Assembly: GCA_943350045.1 (NCBI GenBank)
Contig: CALQZW010000002.1
Coordinates: 1 to 36,744 of the forward strand
Direction of reading: 5' to 3'
Length of the DNA: 36,744 nt
Origin: Candidatus Nomurabacteria bacterium
Lineage (GTDB): Bacteria; Patescibacteriota; Minisyncoccia; Phycocordibacterales; UBA9973
Positions within the stretch are counted from its first letter, which is position 1, and the number at the start of each line of letters is the position of its first letter. A program made the position numbers and the translations under genes. A model generated the notes under the pieces. The model searched no databases, had not been told where the DNA came from, and was given only the letters and a program-made list of their open reading frames with translations. This document shows positions 19,100 through 27,565 of the stretch, piece by piece.

Positions 19100-19837
19100 A
19101 TGAATAAAATCGGAACAGTACTCGTCCTCTCCGCAATTCTTGTTGGCTTTGCCTGTTTACAGAATAAGGAAAAACCTAAAAAACTGTATGCAATTTATGA
19201 ATCCTACGACCAGCGTGAGCTCTCAAACAAAGAATCTCACAAGATTCTTGAAGATTATCCTGATACCTATGCAATTTTTTGCGAAGGTACAGTAAATGAC
19301 TTTGATTATGGAAGTGAAAAGTACTTCGGAGATTCAAAAGTAATACTTTTTAAAGAAAAACCACAGTGGGGTAGGTTTTCAAATAAAACCTTTCTGGACT
19401 ACATGTATGACAGTATCCCTGAGCGAAGTCACTCTCGTGATGTGGATACAGTTATTGCTTGGATTACACGAAACTCGTCTGTGATTGAGATCTCTCCAGA
19501 TCAGCCACTGTACGAAAACCCTGAGGCAGTGAAAATCAAAAAACTGTTTCAAGAGAAATTTACAGACACTGCCGTGCTGTCTCGTTTGCGATATGCGTAT
19601 GTAATTAATACGCGGTTTGAAAATGAGGTGATTAAAACACTGGCAAGCTATCCGAATGCGCAGGTAATACTCGGAGTAGCGCATGCGAGGGTAACAATGA
19701 TGCTCTGTCGCCATCACGGTTTTACTTTGGTAGATGTGAGGCATCCAGGAATGACTTATGAAATGTATGATTATTTTCTTCAGTCAGTCTTGGTAAAGTA
19801 TCTCGTTCTTGAAGATTCTGTGTACACTGCTCTCTAA
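19100..19837 (+). CDS. Hypothetical exported or membrane-anchored protein
   Basis: 245-aa ORF with N-terminal hydrophobic signal ending in GFAC (possible lipobox). Confidence 0.7.
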   Translation: MNKIGTVLVLSAILVGFACLQNKEKPKKLYAIYESYDQRELSNKESHKILEDYPDTYAIFCEGTVNDFDYGSEKYFGDSKVILFKEKPQWGRFSNKTFLDYMYDSIPERSHSRDVDTVIAWITRNSSVIEISPDQPLYENPEAVKIKKLFQEKFTDTAVLSRLRYAYVINTRFENEVIKTLASYPNAQVILGVAHARVTMMLCRHHGFTLVDVRHPGMTYEMYDYFLQSVLVKYLVLEDSVYTAL

Positions 19838-19847
19838 TGCAGTGTAC

Positions 19848-19884
19848 AAAAACTCCTTGTGGAATATACCATGAGGAGTTTTTT
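19848..19884 (+). terminator. Intrinsic terminator
   Basis: AAAAACTCCT...AGGAGTTTTTT; preceded by a second 10-bp hairpin (19821-19848) spanning the stop codon. Confidence 0.7.
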
Positions 19885-19925
19885 GTTGGCTAGTATATTT
19901 TAGCTTTACGATGTAAAGTAATAGC

Positions 19926-20417
19926 ATGATTACAAAACAACAGTTCATCGAAAGTCTTTGTGCTGAAATTGATATTATTCGCCACCTTGGAACAAAAATA
20001 GATGAGAATATGCTTTCATATCGCCCAAGTGAAAAACAGCGAACACTACTTGAGCTTATGAACTACCTCGGTCATATTTTTTCAACGGGAGTTACTGTAA
20101 ATATTGAAGGAAACACCAATCGCTACATGGAGATAGCGCAGTCTGCACCAGTGGTGACACTTGAGAATTTTGATTCTGTGATGAAAAACCAGAAAGAGTA
20201 TGTGGTTGAAAAAATTACAGGACTCACTGACGAACAGCTTGCAGAAGTTACTGATTTCTTTGGAGGAAAAGCTCCGCGTGCAATTCATATGTTTAACGTA
20301 ATGAAATGGGCCGTTGCGTATAAGATGCAACTATTTTTGTACATAAAGGCAAATGGGAATCACGACATTAGTACTGCAAATCTCTGGCGCGGAGTAGACA
20401 TGGCTCCTACGCAGTAA
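19926..20417 (+). CDS. DinB/YfiT-like four-helix-bundle protein
   Basis: LSYRPSEKQRTLLELMNYL and AYKMQLFLYIKANG patterns. Confidence 0.65.
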   Translation: MITKQQFIESLCAEIDIIRHLGTKIDENMLSYRPSEKQRTLLELMNYLGHIFSTGVTVNIEGNTNRYMEIAQSAPVVTLENFDSVMKNQKEYVVEKITGLTDEQLAEVTDFFGGKAPRAIHMFNVMKWAVAYKMQLFLYIKANGNHDISTANLWRGVDMAPTQ

Positions 20418-20422
20418 TACCT

Positions 20423-22162
20423 ATGAAAATCTTTTTACAGTACATAAAGAAATACTGGAAGCTCTGTCTTCTTACGCTTGTGTTGGCAACGATAAACCAA
20501 GTGTTTTCTTTACTTGATCCGTATATTTTTCGCCAGGTTATCGACCAATACGCAACACAGCCTGACTTGTACACACGACCAGAGTTCTTTCGCGGAGTCG
20601 GAGTACTTCTTTTGGCAATCGTAGGAGTTGCCTTTGTTTCTCGTACTGCTAAAAACTTTCAGGACTATTTCTTAAGCGGAGTTAGTCAGCGCGTTGGTGC
20701 CGACCTGTACCGTGATGGAATTTCGCACTCGCTCGCACTTCCGTACGAGAGTTTTGAGGACGAGAGAAGTGGCGAGACACTTGGTAAACTCCAGAAAGTT
20801 CGTCAGGATACTGAAAAACTTATTGCCTCACTGATCAATATTTTATTCGTTTCGCTCGTTGGGTTCGTATTTGTCGCCGTCTATGCAATCCATATCCACT
20901 GGAGTATTGCCGTTGCCTTTCTTGCAACGGTACCCTTGATTGCTGGAATGAGCCTGCTTCTTTCAAAGAAGATTAAGACAATTCAGAAAACGATTGTCGC
21001 AGAGACCACTGCGCTCGCTGGCTCGACAACAGAATCACTTCGCAATATCGAGCTTGTGAAAAGTCTTGGACTTGCAGATCAAGAGGTCAATCGTCTCAAT
21101 ACAACAACAGACAAAATCCTGACGCTTGAATTAAAAAAGCTTCGCTACCTTCGTAGCTTGTCTTTCATTCAAGGTACCGTCATTAATTTTGTGCGAACCT
21201 GTATTTTGTTTTTCCTCATGTACCTTATCTTTGCGAAGGTTATTTCTTTCGGTGAGTTCTTTTCTCTGTTCGTTTACTCATTCTATGTATTCGGACCACT
21301 CCAAGAGCTCGGTAGCGTGATTGCAACATATCGTGAAGCAGAGGCTTCGTTGGTAAACTTCGAAAAGCTCATGAACACTCCAAAAGAGTATGAAGCTGAA
21401 CATCCTGCTTCTATCGGAGCAGTCGAAACGCTCTCGTTTAAAGACGTTTCGTTTGGGTACAAGAGTGCTCAAGGTCTGGCTCTCGAAGGTATTTCATATA
21501 CCGTATCGCGAGGGGAGACAGTCGCCTTTGTTGGACCATCTGGTTCAGGTAAAACATCGCTCGTAAAGCTTTTAGTTGGACTCTACGCTCCAACGTCGGG
21601 AAGTATTCTGTATAATTCCATTGCTCATGACACAATTCGCAAGGACGAACTCAGAAAACAAATCGGATTTGTAACTCAGGATACTCAGCTCTTTGCGGGA
21701 ACAATTCGGGAGAATCTTCTTTTTGTTCAACCAAATGCAACAGATGAAGAATGTTTAGACGCATTGGAAAAAGCACAGTGTAACAATCTGCTTGCTCGTG
21801 GAGGAAATGGACTCGATACGGTAATCGGAGAAGGTGGAGTGAAAGTATCTGGTGGAGAAAAACAGCGCCTCTCTATCGCTCGCGCCTTACTTCGCAAGCC
21901 GAACGTCCTTGTCTTTGACGAGGCGACAAGCGCTCTGGATTCTCTCACCGAAGAGGAGATTGGGAAGACTATAAAAGACGTGTCTAAAGTGCGCTCGCAT
22001 ATTACGATTTTGATTGCACATAGACTCTCTACAATCATGCATGCCGATACGATTCATGTTCTTGAAAAAGGAAAAATTATTGAGTCTGGAGGGCACGAAG
22101 AACTCCTTGCTCTCAAGGGTCTGTATTTCGCAATGTGGCGTCAGCAGATTGGGGAGAGATAG
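20423..22162 (+). CDS. ABC exporter, fused permease/ATP-binding (MdlB/MsbA-like)
   Basis: TM domain; Walker A GPSGSGKT, signature VSGGEKQR, Walker B VLVFDEATSALD, IAHRLST. Confidence 0.96.
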   Translation: MKIFLQYIKKYWKLCLLTLVLATINQVFSLLDPYIFRQVIDQYATQPDLYTRPEFFRGVGVLLLAIVGVAFVSRTAKNFQDYFLSGVSQRVGADLYRDGISHSLALPYESFEDERSGETLGKLQKVRQDTEKLIASLINILFVSLVGFVFVAVYAIHIHWSIAVAFLATVPLIAGMSLLLSKKIKTIQKTIVAETTALAGSTTESLRNIELVKSLGLADQEVNRLNTTTDKILTLELKKLRYLRSLSFIQGTVINFVRTCILFFLMYLIFAKVISFGEFFSLFVYSFYVFGPLQELGSVIATYREAEASLVNFEKLMNTPKEYEAEHPASIGAVETLSFKDVSFGYKSAQGLALEGISYTVSRGETVAFVGPSGSGKTSLVKLLVGLYAPTSGSILYNSIAHDTIRKDELRKQIGFVTQDTQLFAGTIRENLLFVQPNATDEECLDALEKAQCNNLLARGGNGLDTVIGEGGVKVSGGEKQRLSIARALLRKPNVLVFDEATSALDSLTEEEIGKTIKDVSKVRSHITILIAHRLSTIMHADTIHVLEKGKIIESGGHEELLALKGLYFAMWRQQIGER

Positions 22163-22217
22163 CGATTGCACTTGCAGGATTTTTATAGTACGGTTGATGT
22201 AACAAAAAATCGTACAT

Positions 22218-22601
22218 ATGAAAAATAGAAAAAGAAAGGTTCGAATCGCAGATGCGGTAGGACTTATGGAATTGATAGGACTAGCACTGCTTTCTGCAGG
22301 ATTCTGGTTCGGAGTGGGTCAGGCTCAGGTTAGCGGCCTTGGAGCATTCATATCTGCTGTAGTTGTTATTACTTCAGCAGTAATCTCCGGATACACCTCA
22401 GTCTTTGCTGAAAAAAACGGCTGGTTTATAGCATTGAGTCTCGTGCCTGTTCTTGTTGTAGGGAATGCCTTCATCTGGCGTTTTTATGTAACTGAGTTTG
22501 AAGGAGGACTCCTTCTGCTAAAGTCATTTGCGATTTCATTGTGCGAGATGTTTGTTTCGTATTTTTATTTCAAAATGATTTTTAAAGAAAAAATGGTCTA
22601 A
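22218..22601 (+). CDS. Hypothetical membrane protein (about 4 TM)
   Basis: 127-aa hydrophobic ORF followed by a terminator. Confidence 0.7.
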   Translation: MKNRKRKVRIADAVGLMELIGLALLSAGFWFGVGQAQVSGLGAFISAVVVITSAVISGYTSVFAEKNGWFIALSLVPVLVVGNAFIWRFYVTEFEGGLLLLKSFAISLCEMFVSYFYFKMIFKEKMV

Positions 22602-22609
22602 TTAAAATG

Positions 22610-22647
22610 AAAGAGCTGAACGTATATGATACGTCCAGCTCTTTTTT
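22610..22647. terminator. Bidirectional terminator
   Basis: AAAGAGCTG.ACGTAT-atg-ATACGT.CAGCTCTTTTTT between convergent ORFs. Confidence 0.75.
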
Positions 22648-22948
22648 AATTGATTGGAATTGCAATATAGTGGGACTCCTTTACTCCAAGTGCGTAGTTG
22701 ACTCCTTTATGTTCAATGAAGTCATGCACAAGGAAATTAATTTCAACTGACTTGTCTTTGCCGAGAAGTATAACGTTTTCATAACCCCCGTTATCTGATC
22801 TTTTGAACGAAAGATCTATTTTTGCGTTAGATAAAATTTTCTCAGTTTGGAATGTTTGCCAAGAAGTATATCCCTCTGGGTAGTAGGTAGAAAATACTTC
22901 ATCTACTATGTAGTTTGTTCCGTTTCGCGTAATCGTTTTTGTGCTCAT
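22646..22948 (-). CDS. Hypothetical protein
   Basis: 100-aa AT-rich ORF; upstream TTGCCA-16 bp-TAATAT on minus strand (23013-22986). Confidence 0.65.
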   Translation of the reverse strand: MSTKTITRNGTNYIVDEVFSTYYPEGYTSWQTFQTEKILSNAKIDLSFKRSDNGGYENVILLGKDKSVEINFLVHDFIEHKGVNYALGVKESHYIAIPIN

Positions 22949-23314
22949 TGGTTATTTGCTTTTTAGTGAAGTTATATTTGAGTGCATATTACAATATCTG
23001 AGGATTTTGGCAATTAAAAAAAAGGGGGGGGTAATGTGTACACACATATGGCGGTTCCCTGTCGAATAAGGAAATAATAGTTCAATTTTTATCCTGTAAA
23101 TAACTCTGTTGCAAAAAATATAAATTCGCAAATATACCAGAAAACGCTATTTGTCAACGAGTATTTGACGTGGAGTTCGACATGTTACATAAATTGTATT
23201 CATGTACAAAAAACGCATTGTTACTTAGGAGATATCGATTTAGTATGTGTGTACTTAAGGGTTAACTTGTGAATTAATTCTTGAGTATTTATTAGAATAA
23301 TTACTGAAATACTT

Positions 23315-23482
23315 ATGCAAGATAATCAGGAGGGTTCATACAGCGCAGATGTTCGCTGTGATAATTGTGAAATGAATGGAATAATTAACATTCCTAAGGG
23401 GACAGAAATTGTACATCATGAGTGTCCTAAATGTGCTACTCAGAAACTTAAAAAGAATCATAAGCCGATATTTTTCGCATAG
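23315..23482 (+). CDS. Small zinc-ribbon protein (55 aa), not in ORF track
   Basis: MQDNQEGSYSADVRCDNCEMNGIINIPKGTEIVHHECPKCATQKLKKNHKPIFFA*: two CxxC pairs, followed by a terminator. Confidence 0.7.
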   Translation: MQDNQEGSYSADVRCDNCEMNGIINIPKGTEIVHHECPKCATQKLKKNHKPIFFA

Positions 23483-23513
23483 TTTCGGTTTGCCGCTTTT
23501 TTCGTCAGTGTTT

Positions 23514-23546
23514 AAAAAATACAGGTCAAGAAGACCTGTATTTTTT
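23514..23546. terminator. Bidirectional terminator abutting the tRNA 3'-end copy
   Basis: AAAAAATACAGGTC-aagaa-GACCTGTATTTTTT. Confidence 0.85.
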
Positions 23547-23717
23547 GTGCGCGATAGAGGATTCGGCTATTACATAGCCAGGTACTTTTCGATTTCGCTC
23601 CGCTCAATAACGAAAAGTCTTTCGAATCCTCACAGAGCGACGCAGGTCGCTCTGCCGATCTTGGTCACGACCCAAAAGAAAAACACGGCGCAAGGCCGAG
23701 TCTTTCTTTTGGGTGTG
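23547..23717 (-). repeat. 171-bp structured repeat, distal copy; ends (minus strand) in a copy of the tRNA-Val 3' end
   Basis: Matches 25558..25728 with 5 substitutions by manual comparison; 23546-23565 is identical to 25725-25744. Confidence 0.95.
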
Positions 23718-23811
23718 AGGGAAGAATTCTTACCCCGAACTCAAAAATATGGACTAAATTCCCGTTTATCTTTGTTTTTAATAATCTAAGTATAAGGAAG
23801 ATAAATAATAA

Positions 23812-23841
23812 AAGGTCTAATTGATTATTCAATTAGACCTT
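23812..23841 (-). terminator. Terminator for ORF 23863..24207
   Basis: AAGGTCTAATTGA-ttat-TCAATTAGACCTT hairpin, T-rich tail on minus strand. Confidence 0.65.
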
Positions 23842-23862
23842 CTTGTTCTTTGCTGCAGAATT

Positions 23863-24207
23863 TTATATTAGTTGGATTGTTCCTCTGTATAACATAATGC
23901 TTTTTATTTCCTTGTTATCACCTTTGTAAAAATACGATTCTTGCTTTAATTTAGTATCACCAGTTCTAGTAATCGAGATATGGTATCCTCCATCAGAAAA
24001 TACTGATACTTGTACTTGACGCCCACCTTGACCAAAAGTAACTGGAGGAAAGGAGAGCTGTCCTTTGTCTGATGTAAAACTTGTTATTACGAAAAATAAT
24101 GAGTAGGGAATTTCATCACCAGAGTGATAAAAAGTAACTTTCATATTTTTTCCTAAAAGTTCTTCTACCTTAGTTATTCCAAGGAAGGTTAAGATTTTCT
24201 TATTCAT
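23863..24207 (-). CDS. Hypothetical protein, probable paralog of 33703..34074
   Basis: 114-aa ORF with its own promoter (TTGACG-16 bp-TATTAT, 24340-24313) and terminator. Confidence 0.7.
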   Translation of the reverse strand: MNKKILTFLGITKVEELLGKNMKVTFYHSGDEIPYSLFFVITSFTSDKGQLSFPPVTFGQGGRQVQVSVFSDGGYHISITRTGDTKLKQESYFYKGDNKEIKSIMLYRGTIQLI

Positions 24208-24361
24208 GATCGGTATATTTAATTGTTAGATATTGAGTTATCTCTATGTCGGAGAACGGCGCAGAGATAACCCAACAAATTACAATCTGAATATCAAAAA
24301 ACTATTATCACTATAATAGCATAAATATATATTTCGTCAATACATACATCACCGTAGACTA

Positions 24362-24391
24362 TTGACAGTTATACATATAATGTGATATAAT
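24362..24391 (+). promoter_or_regulatory. Sigma70 promoter upstream of structured leader and ORF 24627
   Basis: TTGACA-18 bp-TATAAT with TG extension. Confidence 0.7.
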
Positions 24392-24420
24392 GTAAATAAG
24401 TAAAACTACTTTGATAATAC

Positions 24421-24620
24421 GGGCTTTGGTAAGAGCACTAGGTACACAGCGCCTGTGTTTCTAGTGCTCTTACTGAGGATCCCACTATAGTGCACATCCC
24501 ATCCGTAAAAGATTCTGTAAAAGGCATGCCAGCCAGGATGACAGATACGTAAACAGCTGACTGCCGGGAATAGTACGGAACGTTTTCGCGGATTAACCAT
24601 AAATCCCTGTCCGCGCAGGG
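24421..24620 (+). ncRNA. Candidate structured RNA / long 5' leader
   Basis: GC-richer non-coding stretch with a 13-bp perfect stem, a long interrupted stem and alternative 3' stems; no family recognised. Confidence 0.4.
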
Positions 24621-24626
24621 TGCTGA

Positions 24627-25457
24627 GTGATGAAATTAATCACCGAAAAAGGCAACGGATTTCTTTTTTCAGAAACACATGGTCACGCCGTGTATTATGA
24701 AAACCCGGGAAACAACCCCGGAAAAATTTTGAAAGTTGTAAAAAATGCTCGTCAGGAAGCTGAATGGGCAAAAACAAATTGGGGATGCGAACCTCAGGAA
24801 CCAACGGAAGCAGAAATGCTTCTACTCGAAAGGATGGCTCCATTTCGTAGGCATATAAAAACGCTTGCGATTAAGAACGCCAAGGCTTCAAGTCTTGAGT
24901 TAAAGCAATCTGGTTTTTTCAAAGTCCCTGGCGGTCTATTGTCTCGAGCAAATGGGATAACACGCAGGAAGACACATCAGGGCGAGAATAGTTGGTACTT
25001 ATTCAACTTTGAACCTGTATTAGGGGTGATTCCAAATTCACTCTACTGTACGGGATCATCGATTGATTTCGGTACGTACAATGGTAAACCAAACCCATGG
25101 TTCGGATTAATGAGTAATGAAATTGAGCCAATCATCAGGGAAGACTGGGAGCGCTTGTCTGGACGCAAGTTTAGATTGGCTTACGAGTTTACGTGGTTTA
25201 AGTCTCAAATTGAGCCCTACCAAGTTATAGGTGGCTATGACCAGCTGGATTTTCCAGCCAACACTTTCAGGGGCCTGTATCTCTTTGACCTTAGTAAGGA
25301 GAATAAAGAGAACTGGGTTGAGGAATTGCAGCCAGCAATGGGGCGTGCGTATATATGCTATGCCCACGGTAACGGTGATCACACCGTTCCGAATATAATG
25401 CTCAAAGAAATTTTTGATGGGGGAAACCTCGGAGAGGAGATATTTGTAGCGAACTAA
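24627..25457 (+). CDS. Hypothetical protein (cargo between the two repeats)
   Basis: 276-aa ORF (ATG 24630 likely), no recognisable motif. Confidence 0.75.
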   Translation: MMKLITEKGNGFLFSETHGHAVYYENPGNNPGKILKVVKNARQEAEWAKTNWGCEPQEPTEAEMLLLERMAPFRRHIKTLAIKNAKASSLELKQSGFFKVPGGLLSRANGITRRKTHQGENSWYLFNFEPVLGVIPNSLYCTGSSIDFGTYNGKPNPWFGLMSNEIEPIIREDWERLSGRKFRLAYEFTWFKSQIEPYQVIGGYDQLDFPANTFRGLYLFDLSKENKENWVEELQPAMGRAYICYAHGNGDHTVPNIMLKEIFDGGNLGEEIFVAN

Positions 25458-25502
25458 AATGTCATTTAAACAATGGCAGATAAGAAGAAGTAGAATATTT
25501 TC

Positions 25503-25545
25503 AGAACCAAACGAAAAGAGCCCGACTCATCGTTTGGTTCTTTTT
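25503..25545 (+). terminator. Terminator after ORF 24627..25457
   Basis: AGAACCAAACGA...TCGTTTGGTTCT plus T-run. Confidence 0.7.
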
Positions 25546-25557
25546 ATATCTAATCGA

Positions 25558-25728
25558 GTGTGCGATAGAGGATTCGGCTATTACATAGCCAGGTACTTTT
25601 CGATTTCGCTCCGCTCAATAACGAAAAGTCTTTCGAATCCTCACAGAGCGACGCAGGTCGCTCTGTCGATCCTGGTCACGGCCCAAAAGAAAAACCCGGC
25701 GCAAGGCCGAGTCTTTCTTTTGGGTGTG
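25558..25728 (-). repeat. 171-bp structured repeat, proximal copy, directly downstream of tRNA-Val
   Basis: About 97% identical to 23547..23717; carries tRNA 3'-end copy GTGTGCGATAGAGGATTCG with one mismatch. Confidence 0.95.
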
Positions 25729-25799
25729 CGCGATAGAGGATTCGAACCTCTGACCCTCCCCACGTCAAGGGGATGCTCTACCAACTGAGCTAACCGCGC
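25727..25799 (-). tRNA. tRNA-Val (GAC), CCA not encoded
   Basis: Minus strand GCGCGGTTAGCTCAGTTGGTAGAGCATCCCCTTGACGTGGGGAGGGTCAGAGGTTCGAATCCTCTATCGCGCA folds as a cloverleaf with anticodon GAC; upstream TTGAAA-16 bp-TATACT. Confidence 0.97.
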
Positions 25800-25888
25800 G
25801 TCGTTCTCTTTGAACAAAACGAGTATACCACATATACATATAATTTCAATCGCCCTTTCTACCTGCTATCTGCTACTATTGCGTATAT

Positions 25889-27265
25889 ATGCGTACTGCA
25901 AAACAGATATTTAATCAGCTTCTTGCGAACACAATGCTCGCCTTGGTTACAAATGCCTTTGTGTGGTTCGCTCTTACATTCTGGGTGTTCTTGAGTACTC
26001 GTTCCGTTCTTGTTACGTCTATGATTGCTGGAACCTTTGCTGTCACAAACATGCTCGGCGCGTTTCTTTTTGGAAACATTGTAGATAAGAGAAAAAAGCG
26101 AACTGCAATGATTCTCTCGAGCGTCATGTCTTTTATTGCATATGCAATTGGAACAATTATATATTTCTCAACTCCAGCAGAAGTATTTGCAAACCCTGCG
26201 TCTCCGATATTGTGGGTACTCATTGTCATCCTTATGCTCGGAAGCGTCGCGGGAAATTTGCGTGCTATTGCCCTCAGTACGCTCGTAACAAAACTCTTTA
26301 CTGAAGATCGTGACAAGGCAAATGGAATGATTGGAATGGTAAGTGGTTTGAGTTTCTCTCTTACATCAGTGCTCAGTGGTCTGGCGATTGGATTTTTTGG
26401 AATGAATCTTGCTCTCGTGTGCGCGCTCGTTGCAACAGCGCTTGTAGTTCTCCATCTCGCATTCTTTCATTTTGATGAACCAGCAGTAGAGATTCATCAT
26501 GAAGAACATCATGAAAAAAAGTCTGGAGTGCGAACGACGATGAAAATTATTGCTTCAATCCCAGGACTCTACGGTCTCATTTTCTTTACGACAATCAATA
26601 ATTTCCTCGGAGGTGTGTTCATGGCACTCATGGATGCGTACGGCCTGTCGCTTGTTTCTGTGCAAACGTGGGGAATTATGTTTGCTGTTGTCAGCTTTGG
26701 CTTTATTGCCGGAAGTACCTATATCGCAAAGAAAGGGTTGGGGAACAAGCCACTGCGAAAACTGTTGGGTATAAACATCATTACGTGGACTACGTGCATC
26801 TTCTTTACTATCCAGCCTTCTATTATTCTACTTGCTATCGGAATGCTTATCTGGATGACGCTTGTGCCGTTTGTGGAAGCTACTGAACAGACGATTATCC
26901 AAGCCGTTGTGCCATATGCACGCCAGGGAAGAGTGTTTGGTTTTGCGCAAAGTGTAGAATCTGCCGCCACTCCTGTCACTGCCTTTCTTATCGGTCCGAT
27001 CGCTCAGTTATTCTTCATTCCGTTTATGACAACTGGAAGTGGTGTGGAGCTCATTGGCTCGTGGTTTGGGGTTGGTCCCGCTCGTGGAATCGCTCTTGTC
27101 TTTATGTCTGCTGGTACACTTGGTCTTCTTGTCACTCTTTTTGCTTTTCGTTCTAAAGCATACAAGATTCTTTCAAAGCACTATATTGAGAATACAGGTC
27201 AGAAAACAGTCGCACATGCCAGCGGTGCTAGTATGTTGTCTCCGGATGTTGTTGTGAGTGAATAG
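25889..27265 (+). CDS. MFS transporter (DHA3/H+ antiporter-like)
   Basis: About 12 TM; motif A GNIVDKRKKR; QAVVPYARQGRVFG. Confidence 0.92.
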   Translation: MRTAKQIFNQLLANTMLALVTNAFVWFALTFWVFLSTRSVLVTSMIAGTFAVTNMLGAFLFGNIVDKRKKRTAMILSSVMSFIAYAIGTIIYFSTPAEVFANPASPILWVLIVILMLGSVAGNLRAIALSTLVTKLFTEDRDKANGMIGMVSGLSFSLTSVLSGLAIGFFGMNLALVCALVATALVVLHLAFFHFDEPAVEIHHEEHHEKKSGVRTTMKIIASIPGLYGLIFFTTINNFLGGVFMALMDAYGLSLVSVQTWGIMFAVVSFGFIAGSTYIAKKGLGNKPLRKLLGINIITWTTCIFFTIQPSIILLAIGMLIWMTLVPFVEATEQTIIQAVVPYARQGRVFGFAQSVESAATPVTAFLIGPIAQLFFIPFMTTGSGVELIGSWFGVGPARGIALVFMSAGTLGLLVTLFAFRSKAYKILSKHYIENTGQKTVAHASGASMLSPDVVVSE

Positions 27266-27431
27266 AATTACTTGTATACGCTCGTTCAGTTTGCGAGCTG
27301 TGAATAAGTCTCTTGCAAAAAATTTTCAGAGCCACCTAGTCGGCAAACGCCATGAATTCGAGCGATTTTTTGGCTCGGTTCGACAGCTTTTTTGTTTTGT
27401 TTTCTTGTGCGAGATTTCAGGGATTTTCACC

Positions 27432-27459
27432 TTGTCCACACAGAGTGGGAGGGTATAAT
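27432..27459 (+). promoter_or_regulatory. Putative nrdAB promoter
   Basis: TTGTCC-16 bp-TATAAT; DnaA-box-like TGTGAATAA at 27299-27307. Confidence 0.55.
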
Positions 27460-27565
27460 GATTGTCCAACTCGCTCTGTGCAAGAGGAAACTATGGACAA
27501 GCCAAACAGAGTTTCCTCTCGCAATGAGCAAATTATTAAGTGCGTAATTTGTATACAAGAGCGCT

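Noticed and set aside
23476..23510. Hammerhead-like CUGACGA...GAAAC on the minus strand
   Set aside because: Extra A-run before the putative stem II, and no convincing stems I/III or cleavage triplet
23711..23745. Possible fourth, degenerate tRNA-end copy upstream of the distal repeat
   Set aside because: Only CACACCC and a loose GAATTCTT match remain; too weak to call
23409..23789. 126-aa ORF sharing sequence with ORF 25459..25788
   Set aside because: Both are translations through the 171-bp repeat and cross terminators; the second also runs antisense through the tRNA
24406..24600. 64-aa minus-strand ORF
   Set aside because: Antisense to a promoter-driven structured leader; no protein features
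23547..25744. CRISPR array or prophage interpretation of the repeats
   Set aside because: Units are 171 bp with kilobase gene-bearing spacing; no cas, phage or integrase genes in the window
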